Origin: Tubulanus polymorphus
Lineage: Eukaryota > Animalia > Nemertea
Direction of reading: 5' to 3'
NCBI RefSeq assembly: GCF_964204645.1
Contig: NC_134027.1
Location: forward strand, 20,732,560 to 20,796,559
DNA length: 64,000 bases
Shown here: positions 52,840 to 64,000 of the stretch, piece by piece
Numbering within the stretch: position 1 is the stretch's first letter
Layout: the number at the start of each line of letters is the position of its first letter
Program-made: the position numbers and the translations under genes
The notes under the pieces: generated by a model
The model's database searches: none
Seen by the model: only the letters and a program-made list of their open reading frames with translations
What the model was told of the DNA's origin: nothing

Positions 52840-52974
52840 CTAAAACGCTTGTAGGCCAAAAACCTACAGTTTAGATTATTACAATCATAAATGAAATCTC
52901 AATTCATTCACAAATGAAGAGTGAATAAAGATGTATGTATCATACTTTTACCTGAAGTTTATTTGTTAGTTTTA

Positions 52975-53400
52975 TGATCAATCAAGTGATGCTGTTTATA
53001 TACGGAGAATTGGGTATATTTCCCTTCAATATTCAACACCGTATCCAGATGATTAGGTTGTCGTTAAAAGTGTTCAAATCAAAACCGGATGAGCGGATGA
53101 GAAAAAAACTGCAAGATATATTTATAGAAATATTGAAAGAAACGAATGTGCATCTAACTAGACCTTTAGTGTGAGGAATCTATTGAATCGGATTAGGCTT
53201 TGGGGAGTTGTGGATTCGTCAAGGTGTAGAGAAGGAATCATGATTTCTTGAATAAACAGAACAACGTTAAAAGGTTCAGTATACTCGATGCAAGCAGAAC
53301 GTTCACCAGAGATCAAGTAGGGCCTTTTTTGTATTATCGTGACTACACGATTATTTGGCCCGACATTGTATATGAAAAAATTTCGAATTACCGAAGTGGA
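52975..53400 (+). mobile_element. Relic of a non-LTR retrotransposon ORF2 C-terminus (RTEX-like)
   Basis: IYGELGIFPFNIQHRIQMIR and GFGELW, typical of the post-RT region. Confidence 0.55.
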
Positions 53401-54539
53401 TCGGAATACCATTTACTGGACGTATCGGCCCCACTCCGCGCGGTTGCGCCACCGCGCGGGATTTACGCGAAGCAGCAAACACAAACATGGCCACTCTCTC
53501 AATTTTCAATGATAGAAATCGTGTGTGCATTTCAATTATTTCGGCTGTTAAGGTTTTAAGGCACAATATAAGTTGATGATGTGATATGGCGATGTTAATT
53601 AATGATAATTCCGCAGTGAAGCTAGTCACGAACGGTGCCGATTGAGTGTACAGCTGCCAATAACACTGAAATGTGCGTAGTTGCGTAACTATTTGCAGTG
53701 AATTGCAGACGAAACATGAAGCCTTAACGGCCGTTTAAAAAAAATTATACCAATCACAATTGTAAAATAAAAATGAGATAGAACCTAAGTTAAAATTCTG
53801 GCCATTTCTAAAATGTTATTACTAATTTTTAGTCAGTGCCGAACGTTTAGTTTTCCAACAACAATGAGGGGTGGTAGGTAGTCATGCAATTCAAGTCATC
53901 ATTTATTACACGTTACTTCCGTGTTGTTGAAAATCTCGCGAGTCCTGGACCAAACCCCATTGAACAATGTGATCTGTGTGCTGGCCACAAATGCACACAG
54001 ATCACATTACACTACCCATTACACACTCCAGTACCCACAGCTTTCATATATCCATCCAAATATTTAGAGTGTCTTTCTTCCTGGGTATAAATGCTCGAAT
54101 AATTGCCTATATGTAGAAACAGGCAGATGGCCTTTAGAATCGAACCTACCCCATCTGTAATGATGACCAAATTGAAGATCATTTTTACCAGTATGAAATA
54201 ACCTTTCTCTGTATCACGTTAAATTTAACATATCATGACATTTAAAATGTTGATTGTTTTAGTAAGTCATTACATCCATATGCAATCAGTGGTGACACGT
54301 CTTTGTTTATTTAAACTACACGATTAAAATAACGTGACATATGCCCTTAAGAGCGTGTTGTGATGAGAGTAGAAAAATTCGTACCAGAATCTGGTCCATT
54401 AATGGAGTAAATTATTGAATCGGTTGCCTGGTCCAAGAAGGCGGAGCCAAAACCACGTAAGTCCAGCATCGAAGGTATTTTGGACACATATGAGGGTGTC
54501 TGGGTGGAGGGTTTCTGAGTGTGGGATTTTGGGTGGAGG

Positions 54540-56320
54540 TTTTTTGATCTTAAAATAGGGATTGTCCCTGTTATTTATTTGGTTGGTAAATTCCGTTTGA
54601 TTTTCTGATTGAGTGTCCCTTACAGACCCACCACACCTGCCGGGAGCGAAACAGGGGGTTTGATTTTGAAATTGGAAATCGAAATACAGATATAGTTGTG
54701 TGATCGGCGGTCGAGTTTAAATATTTTTTTGTTGTTGTTTAAATCGAAGTACATGATTGGTAAATTCGGTTCTGGTTCATTCAAACAATCTTCCAACCAG
54801 CCTGAACCGGCAAGCAACTGATTGGGGTGAATTTTTTTGCTGCCTTATTCAATACATCGAAATTTTGGAAATAGTTATATTACAAGATTGAAGATCATTT
54901 GTCCATTTTTATATTTTTGGTCGTTTTCTGCGTGTAAATAGTCCGGTAATTTAGTTTTTTTTCTGGTAGATGTTGATGTAGAAAGTCCTCTTAGTTGATT
55001 CTCCCGCGTGTTGACTAGATAGAAAGGAAGCACATTTCAAAACGCAAATTTTCCAGATGAGAGTAAGGTCCTTGGGACCGGTCCTTGGGTATCCGAAGTG
55101 TAGTTTATGACATCGACGGTGCATCTCCGATGAGGATGGGTTTCTCCGTCAAGGGGTGCGCGATCGGTACTTCACATCTGGTGGTGAGTTTGCCTAAAAA
55201 GTAAAAGTTTTTACACGGAGAGCAGTTTTGTGTTTCTAATATACAGTGCATGGTTAGGTTTGCGGGTGCGTCGCAATCGAAGGGACAGTACTATGCGCAT
55301 TGATAGACAGTCAGTAAGAAAGCGGCACACGCATGTGAATATTGAATACATATTTGTACACTAACGTATATACAGTCTTGATCGGGTGTTATTTAGAGTC
55401 ACAAATATGTTTTTGGTAGTTTTTAATGAGATCGACGTCGAGGCAACTTTCCAGTCATCATTGCGCGCATATAGGCTGAGCTTGCTATCCTGAAGCCAAG
55501 AGAGGAGGCAGCTTTCCAGCTATCGCGGCAATGAGACTGAGTTTACAGTCAAAACATCAGAAACAGTAAACTAATGCGTATGTGGTGATATAAAACAAAA
55601 GTGGTCAGACAGTTCTATGCGTACTGATAGACCGTCATCCCGGTTCAATCTAAATCAGAACATACCTCAAGTGTCAAAGTCGGGTATGTAGGTGTTTGGC
55701 GTTGGGTTTAATTAATAGACTACGCTAATGGTGTCGATTGTGAATCTGTTTACTGAATTCAGTCCGCTTGTGTCTGGATGTATAAGTATATTGTCAAGAC
55801 TCCAAATATGAAGGTTTTGTTGAAGCATGATTTCTTGGTTTAGGCGATCTATTAGCGAGTTTTTGAAATAAATTATAGTGTTGATGCGGCCAGAGCCTTG
55901 TTCTAGATTGTAATGATTTTTGTACAAAATGGATTGTGCGAGAAATAAAAGATAGTTTGTGAATGTGCGTTTGAAGAAATCTCTTTCTATTGTTTTAGTA
56001 ATTCCTGTGTAGACAATGTCTTGAGCGATATTTATAGGTGCGTTTAGTATGCGTTGAAAGATTGGTCGTATACGTGAATATAATTGCTGTGCTTAAGTGC
56101 ATAACTACATGGTCATTTGTAGCCGCGCGTCAACAAATTTTTGGGTGGGGGTATTACGGTTGTGTCGGTCGTGTTTGGGTGAGTCTGGTTTGAACTCTGA
56201 ACTTTTAGTTATTCTGGTTTTGCAAAGAATATCAACAATCCATTACTGTATGTGTTTTGGTCTTCTTAGACAGGTAATTCCAGGACAAAACCAGAATTCC
56301 AGGCTGTGCCACTATCACTG
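54540..56320 (-). mobile_element. 5'-truncated Tx1/L1-like LINE: ORF2 C-terminus + ~1.15 kb 3' UTR + poly(A)
   Basis: Decayed zinc knuckle (C*RAATNDHVVMH), then RPIFQRIL...TNYLLFLAQSILYK to a stop at 55712. The 3' part matches 27381-27920. Confidence 0.6.
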
Positions 56321-56915
56321 ATTAGATTACCTCATCTTCGTCAAACAAAACGGAATAACAAATAAAAACATAAACAAACACGAAAAGTGTTAATATACGT
56401 TACAAGTATGCCTCACTTATGCCCCCCGAACATTTCTAGATTTTTAATAGTTATGGAAAACATTAAGATACGATGACTAGCTGCATGATATTGTGTGTGC
56501 TGTTCCGGATTTACGAACTGTAAAGTGTTTCTTCCATCTTAATTAGTGTATCAATGTTTATGTTATTTGTAAATCAAATTATTTTCTTTTATTAACTGGC
56601 GATAAAGGTTAGTACTATATACTAAGGATATACGAAGGGAAACGATTATAGAAAATTAATTGTAAGGTTGACTTTGCAGTGCATTTGCTTTTTTCGAATG
56701 TGTGTCCGGTGTTATCTAATGAATGTTTGAATTGACTATCTCTCGTGTTGACTTAAATGATAAAGTTTTACTTATCGAAATATATTAAGATAAAAGAAAA
56801 AAACAGATAAGTGTTACTTGTAGATTGGCATACCTACGTAACTTGATAAAGGGTTTAAAGCAAGTCAACAAGCGAGGATTGATTTAGGTACTGCTATTGA
56901 CTGTCTTCGGGCGCA

Positions 56916-58162
56916 ATGGATGGACAGAAAACGGCTGATATACGTCGTCAGGCTTATACGGGGCTGGGGCAATTTCCTTGTCAGTATGAAGCAATGGACC
57001 GGGAGACTGTGGGTGTGGCCCAGCAGAAGACTCCTGGACAGTTTGAAGCTATGGACGAAGCAGTTGGTGTTGCCGAACAGCAGGCTCCTATGGCACTATA
57101 TCAGACGCCTGGACAGTTTGACGCGAATGGAAATGGATTCTATTGTAGACAAGAAACGACACCTGAACTCGTTGCGAAACTCAGAAACATTGAAGTTTTT
57201 GAAGACGACATTTTCCTTGTGTCTTATCCGAAAACTGGTATGGATTTAACATCTACCAAATATCTCATATCTTGATATTTTATAGAATATGTGATGAACT
57301 AACGATTGGTTATCGAAAAATTGATTTTCTGTTTTTACAGGGACAACTTTGGTAAGCGAAACTTTGTTTTTGGTTTGTGACGATGCAGCTCGAGAACCAG
57401 TTAGACGAAAGCCGATCTGGGAGAGGGTATTGCATTTGGATGCGGAGGATTCTTTCGCGCAATTGGAATTGCAGTCTCGTCCGCGCCTCATGCAAACTCA
57501 CTTTCTATTTGAAATGTTCCCGATACAGGCAATAGAGAAAAAGGCCAAAGTTATCTACGTCCTGAGAAATCCTAAAGATACTTTGGTCTCATTTTATCAT
57601 TTTTATCAGTCGTATAAAAGTCTTGGTAATTTTACAGGTAAGTCGAAGTTAAAATATGGATGAGTATCACTGTTAATGAATGACCTCGAATAAGTAAATG
57701 TTTTTGTGTTGGATATATTCAAAATCGTATTAATATTTCAGGTTCGTGGAACGATTTCTTCCAACTTTTCTTGAACAAGAAATTAATCTATGGAGATTTC
57801 TACACGCACGTTTTGAGTTGGTGGCACCAACGACATCGCGATAACATTCTATTCCTGAAATACGAAGATATGGTCACCGACCCAAAATCAAACATCCTGA
57901 AATCTGCGCCTTCCTCGGTAAAACTCTGTCTGCCGATAAAATCGATAATATCACAGAGCAGACGAGTTTTAAAAGTATGAGGGACAACCCGATGACTAAT
58001 CATTGCCAATCACAATATCAGGACAATAAAATATTTCCTTTTATTCGTGAAGGCAAAATTGGAGGCTGGAAAAAATTCTTCACAGTTGAGCAATGTGAAA
58101 TCATTGATAAAATTCATGCCGATCGTTTGACCGGAACTGGCCTCAGTTTTCATTTCGAATAA
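56916..58162 (+). pseudogene. Sulfotransferase copy D with repeat-extended N-terminus; 1-bp frameshift in exon 3 (pseudogene or assembly error)
   Basis: Exons 56916-57237, 57341-57637, 57742-58162. Reads ctgaaatctg at ~57900 where paralogs read ctgaaaatctg. Confidence 0.85.
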
Positions 58163-59283
58163 TGCTTGTAATATTTGACAATCTCACATTTTAAATCATA
58201 ACTGAACGACGTCAATTCATTTGCAGTTGAAGTAAGATGTATGTATCAGGCTCCGTACTAGAAGTTTATCTGATAAATTAATGATTGTCTTGATTGACGC
58301 CCTTAATATACGAACATGGAGTACTGAACAATGTCATCTCATGGTTATCATATAATTCATGATTATAAACTTCATAACTTATTGTTTGCTATGGGCTCTG
58401 TCTGTGTAAATCATTCTCTTACATTTCGATGAGTTTATAATATTAGAATAAAAATATCTTGTATTCTAGCGTAATATATATATATTGTATTGTTCATTCT
58501 TACAGATCCCTTAATTTCGTTAAAGAACGTTGTTACATTACCGTTAATGGTTCTTGCGTATAGTTTTCATATTATAAATACCTTAAAAAATAGAACGCCG
58601 AATTAGTCATTCAACTGATTTTGTTCAGTATCTCATTTAGTATTATTCCACGAGTGTCAGCTGTTGCGAATGTGGGAGAGTCCTGAATACTTTTGATTTA
58701 TGGGCCTAATCAGTTATACTAACACGGCTATAAGGAAGGATTAAAATAGCTATTTAAGCCATATTGAAGTCCATGTATATGTAGGGAATTATCTGCCTGA
58801 AATAGCTATTTTGATTATCCGTCTGTAGCACCAAACCATCTGTTCCATTACCGCAATACGGATACATATACGTATAACAACAATACGTATGTATATACTG
58901 AAACAGAGAGTTTCTGGATGATGTAGTTATGACCCTGTGGACGGACAGACCCGTCACCATAGAATGCAATCGATTGAGGAAATAGGAGTACATGCTATTT
59001 TTCAACGACATATTTTTGATTTTAGTATGACGACGAAGGACCGTGCCCCGACATCGCCATTTGTTAGCGTCGACATTTGTTATACGCGTGAATTTTCCAC
59101 ACCCACCATGCGGTGGAAGTGCCCTCTGGATGCCCTCTTTTAAATCTACCCGTGCAAAAAGCATACACTGTCGCAGATTCATGTCAGCAAGTAGTAGCAC
59201 GTCGTCATATCCAATTATTTCGTTGTAAGAAGTACCGGGTACACGTAATACGCTTGGAGTTTTTGTTTATCGAACTCTGCAGT

Positions 59284-60705
59284 ATGGCAACGGCTCCAAT
59301 GGCACTATACGAGGCTCCTGGACAGTTTGACGCTGATGGAAATGGACATTATTGTAGATGTACAACAAAACCTGAACTACTTGCTAAAGTCAGAAACATG
59401 GAGATATTTAAAGACGACTGTTTCGTTGTGTCTTATCCAAAAACTGGTATGAATTTAAGTTCCGTCGAATAGATCTTATAGTAATGACATTTCAGTATTA
59501 ATATCAGTTCTGTGTGAGTCGATGTGCACACTACGTCATCGATGTTGGCGATTCAAACTAACAATCATAATTGTAGATTTGGCGTTAATTCTGTAATTTG
59601 ATACATTAATCTCTTTTTCTTATATTTGATAAAGTCTTGATAATTCTTTTCAGAGGATGTACACAACGTACGTCATCAATATATTGATTGATCGGATTGA
59701 TCCCGAATTGATCAATTGATCCCCAATATTGTATGATTTACATTGGGTTATTTATCGTCGACAATTCAAAGCATTGTTGTTTTACAAGAGTCGATACACA
59801 TTCAAATCAGCTTTCTTGTTTCGTTTACAGGGACAACTTTGACGAGACATACCTTGTTTTTGATTTGCAATGATGGGGATTTAGAAGTTACCAAACAAAA
59901 ACCAATCTGTGAGAGGGTACTGTACTTGGGTGCAGATGAACATTTTGCAAAAATTGAATCCCTCTCCCGCCCGCGCCTCATGCAAATTCACTTTCCTTTC
60001 GAAATGTTCCCGATACAGGCAATGGAGAAAAACGCTAAAGTAATCTACGTTATGAGGAATCCTAAGGATACGTTGGTCTCGTATTATCATTATTATAGGT
60101 CGTGTAAAAGTCTTGGTAATTTCCCAGGTAAGTCGAAAGTATACAATTATGTTTCCGTTTTCATATACCTCTTACCACGATGGCGAAGAATTGATTTTGA
60201 ATGACTTATAATCAGTAAATATTCAGAGATACTTTTTTCTTTACGTTGAACTGGGAAAACGATAAGTCGTGTTGATATTGCAGGTACGTGGGATGATTTC
60301 TTCCAGCTTTTCTTGAACAAGAAACTCGTCCATGGATACTTCTACGACCACGTTCTCAGTTGGTGGAACCAGCGACATCGCGATAACATTCTATTCCTGA
60401 AATATGAAGATATGGTCACCGACCCGAAATCAAACATTCTGAAAATCTGTACTTTCCTCGGGAAAACGCTGTCTGCCGATAAAATCGATGATATCATAAA
60501 ACAGACAAGTTTTGAAAGTATGAGAGACAACCCGACGACCAATAACAGTCAATCTAAATTCCAAGACAATAAGATATTTCCTTTTATTCGTGAAGGCAAA
60601 ATCGGAGGCTGGAAAAAATACTTCACAGCCGAGCAATGTGAAATAATTGATAAAATTCACGCAGATCGATTAGCTGGAACTAGTCTCAGTTTTCAGTTCG
60701 AATAA
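59284..60705 (+). CDS. Cytosolic sulfotransferase copy E (3 exons)
   Basis: Exons 59284-59446, 59831-60127, 60284-60705. Motifs YPKTGTT, RLMQIH, RNPKD, REGKIGGWK. Confidence 0.88.
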
Positions 60706-62194
60706 TGTTTGCTTATGTGTTCTCATATCTACATTCAATCACTAAAATGTGCAACGTTTTCAAATTTCGCATTGAAAACTACATTTTATCTCCCGGACCC
60801 TATCATCACAGGAAGCGACGATATATTTCAATTAGATGTTCTTACCATCACTTCATATCGACATCGATCGCCACATTCGTCCAATTACCCATTTCTCTAT
60901 TCCAATTTATTTCATATGAATGCATGATATCAATGATTTAGATAAATGACAAGTAGATAGGCCAGGCGGGTGATAATTATTTCAGATTTTCAACAACTTC
61001 AATGACTTCTAGTTCATTAACGTACCGATTTGAGATTATTGTTACGCACATTATCATATTTACATAACACCGTTTTATTTACGTATTCAGTGTGGAAGAT
61101 TTAAGGAAAATTTCAAATTTTGACAAGATCTATAATTGTAAGTTATAACTGCTTATCAAAATATTTTATTTAACTTCATTTTTTTTAATGTATAATGATA
61201 TATTGTAATATTTAGTGGAAATAAATATATTAGATATATAAGTGAAAACGAGTTGCCTGAAATGTTTGTGATTGAATATGTGGTTATATTTGGAATATCT
61301 TAATGGCTCTGTATTGTTTGATACATACAATCGTACTGCTTATTCTTCTTCGTTCAGTGCATAACAGCCTTTAAAGAGAATGACGCTAAATAAAAGTCAA
61401 CTTTATTACGTATCATTATAGGAGCTCACATTTTGCGACTCCAATCATTTGGAGTTGAGACGCAACTACGTTGCACTGCACTGTCCACAATTAAGTGTTA
61501 CTTGTCGTGTTGTAGGGGTATGATACGTTTGAAGAAATTTGGTTGTCAAACTGCTACGAAGAGCGATCCAAAAATGTGGGGAAAGTCAACTCCGAAGTTT
61601 TATCATGGACTCAAAATGGATCTTAGATTTAGAGTCCATGGTTATAAACAGAAACATTGGCAGTGCAGGTTCATTAATTAAATCCGAGCAATGCCAAAGG
61701 CGTTGGTTTATGATGATTTTTCCAGCAGATTACGTTCTCAATCTAACATTACGTTTTCATAATTTCGGAAGTTCAGCGCATCTTAGGGGAAACACGAATG
61801 AGTCAAAATAAGAAAACTTACTTGAAATTTTATTTTAAGGCCTTGAAAAATAACACATTGTATTTTTTTTATATTTTCGATATGATAACCAGTCTCGAAA
61901 TATCGATAACGCGGTGTTCATCCACTCAGGGATCAATTATCAAATTTTAACATGAATTCGTATAATGAGATGCAAATGACGTAGTGTTCATGGATACACT
62001 CAGATAAATGCATATAGTTATCAACAGATTCAAAACAAAAATTGATGTAACTGTTTTTGCGGCGTCAGAAATTGGCCACATAAATAATTTAGCTTATTAT
62101 AGTCTACTGAAGGAAAAGTGATTTTTTTTTTAATCATCGTTGTATGAATAATAATAATAATCGTTGTATAAATGAATAATGCGATTCGTCCCGG

Positions 62195-62465
62195 AACTAC
62201 TAACGGTAGAGCCGTCGGAAGGGATTTTTCGGTGGCAAGGCTTACAGGTGAACGGGGCATCTTGAAAATGCAATCGCCGGAGATGCGTTTTGGGGCCATT
62301 TCACGGTCTCGTTCACAGAAACATGAGAAGTCGTGAGCCAACCACCTAGTATAGAGAACGACGAGCTGCTACGCGGGAGAGCGTGCTTTTGAAAATAGCA
62401 TAAAAGATTTTTGTTAAGCAAAAAAATGCCCTGCCGCCCCGTTCCGACGGCTCTGTAACGCGGAT
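62195..62465. mobile_element. Small inverted-repeat element
   Basis: agagccgtcggaa (~62208) and ttccgacggctct (~62442) form an inverted pair. Confidence 0.45.
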
Positions 62466-62630
62466 TCTACATTTGGATCCGATACACGTCAACTTAAGTT
62501 AACTTTTATTGAATAGTCTCATAATGCTTATTCGAACTCTTGTAATTTGTAGGGTCTTACTGTCTAGTCATCGAACCCCGAAAATAAACGATTCTATCAT
62601 TTCCATTTATTATTTCCATTCTGCATATAG

Positions 62631-62899
62631 TATGGTGGCTGATTCGGGCCACATAAGAAACAAATATATGGTCGATCTCCACCAATTTATTTTTACATTT
62701 TACGCTTTTCGTTTTAACGGCTCGTTAGAACCAAATTCTGGTTATAACGGCACCAGTTTTTCGTTTTAATACCACGTACGTAGCTTTAAAACGAAAAACG
62801 AAAAACCGCCGGTTTTAGCGTGTAGAATTAGAAAACATTTGGTGAAGACTGAATGTCATTTATTAAATCTGTTTAATGTGGCCCGAATCAGCCACCATA
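62631..62899. mobile_element. Complete MITE with 24-bp perfect TIRs
   Basis: tatggtggctgattcgggccacat ... atgtggcccgaatcagccaccata. Confidence 0.85.
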
Positions 62900-63311
62900 G
62901 CATTGCAATCGTACTGCTTGGCAGAAAACTTTTGTACCTTGCAAATAAACGTTTATATTTTCAATTCATAACAGTAGTGTCACCAAACTCCCTGGAATGG
63001 CGACCAGACGATAATGGTGGTTTAAGCATGTAATAAGGCAATTTGATATTAATGTTTAATGCGATTTTCAATTTTGTATTGCTTTGTTTCTATTCTCTTT
63101 CTTTTCTATATGTATGCTTTTGACGTTATTATTATATGAACGTACGAAGGCCTAAGTGAATTCAATTCAGACTCAAGGTCGTAAAACGTCAAAGTCACGG
63201 CAATTGTATTCGTTACATGATTACGTATTACATATTGTATGAATGTATACTAGCGCTACGTATTATATTTTTATCGCGTCCTATTATATTTTCATCACCG
63301 TATGCATACGC

Positions 63312-63430
63312 TGAGCTGTAAAGATTATTACAGGTTATATTTCTCTCGAAATAAATTTTTGTTCCAGACGGACAAACGCAGAGCTGTAAAGCTGATTACA
63401 GGTTTCTCTCTCGAGATGAATTTCAGCTTA
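63312..63430. repeat. Imperfect ~65-bp direct duplication (gagctgtaaag...ttacaggtt...tctcga.at.aatttt)
   Basis: Direct reading of the sequence. Confidence 0.55.
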
Positions 63431-64000
63431 CAGACGACTTCAGTACTCTCCACGACTACTAGAAATCCCTGCCCACCTTACATATTCCAAAACGTGTTGT
63501 CAATCAGCGTAAAACTTGCTGGAAGTCTGCCTATCAGCATCGTCGGAATAGTTTTGAATTGTTTCAGCATTGTGATTTTACGTCGCCAGACTTCAAACCA
63601 CATATCGCTCTATCTTCTGCGATGTCTGGCAGTGGCCGATGTACTTTTTCTTGTATTCCGCATAATTCAAGAGCCTTTTCGTTTCATCGTCTCCGCTTTG
63701 ACTCAGGGAAGTCACATGTTCACAGTACCTACGAGTATGAGTTGGGGTGTTCGGCCATGGGTCTATCGGGTCGCTTGGTTACCGAGAAACTCAGCACATG
63801 TGACAAGAAACTGGATAACCGTACTGCTAGTTTTAGAAAGGTGTATTTCGATCGCTAGGCCATTCTTCGCTAGAACTCACTTTACAATACCAAGGGTTAG
63901 AATTGTAGTTTGTTGCTTCAATGTATGTTTTTGTGTTTTAAGTTGTCCATTGATTATCGGCACGACAATCGGAAACTGGTATTATGACGAGTGTAATAAG

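Noticed and set aside
55110-55160. Second hammerhead (ccgatga...stem)
   Set aside because: The core is CCGAUGA and no GAAA follows the stem.
58754-59228. Overlapping ORFs upstream of SULT E
   Set aside because: No motifs or splice structure; likely non-coding or repeat-derived.

Overview
This is AT-rich eukaryotic DNA from an invertebrate animal, probably a marine bilaterian/lophotrochozoan (inferred from gene content, short GT-AG introns and repeat types). Bases 1-10.5 kb are a three-layer nest of mobile elements. A decayed Polinton/adintovirus (pPolB, integrase-chromodomain, packaging ATPase) is followed by a near full-length minus-strand CR1/L2-group LINE. The LINE ORF1 (RRM-like + 2 CCHC + SGNH esterase) is split by a 5'-truncated Penelope element with an exact 18-bp target-site duplication and a minimal hammerhead ribozyme. 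Host genes follow: a 9-exon secreted 5'-nucleotidase lacking a GPI signal; a TMEM276-like gene; three intronless rhodopsin-type GPCRs (one frameshifted) plus relics; a ~12-exon phosphoethanolamine N-methyltransferase whose second domain looks catalytically dead; and a tandem array of five cytosolic sulfotransferase copies with atypical cofactor/active-site motifs. Interspersed are MITEs, a Helentron-type non-autonomous element whose internal satellite carries CTCF-like motifs, Tx1-like and RTEX-like LINE fragments, and mini/microsatellites. Exon boundaries and family calls were read by eye and are not database-confirmed.
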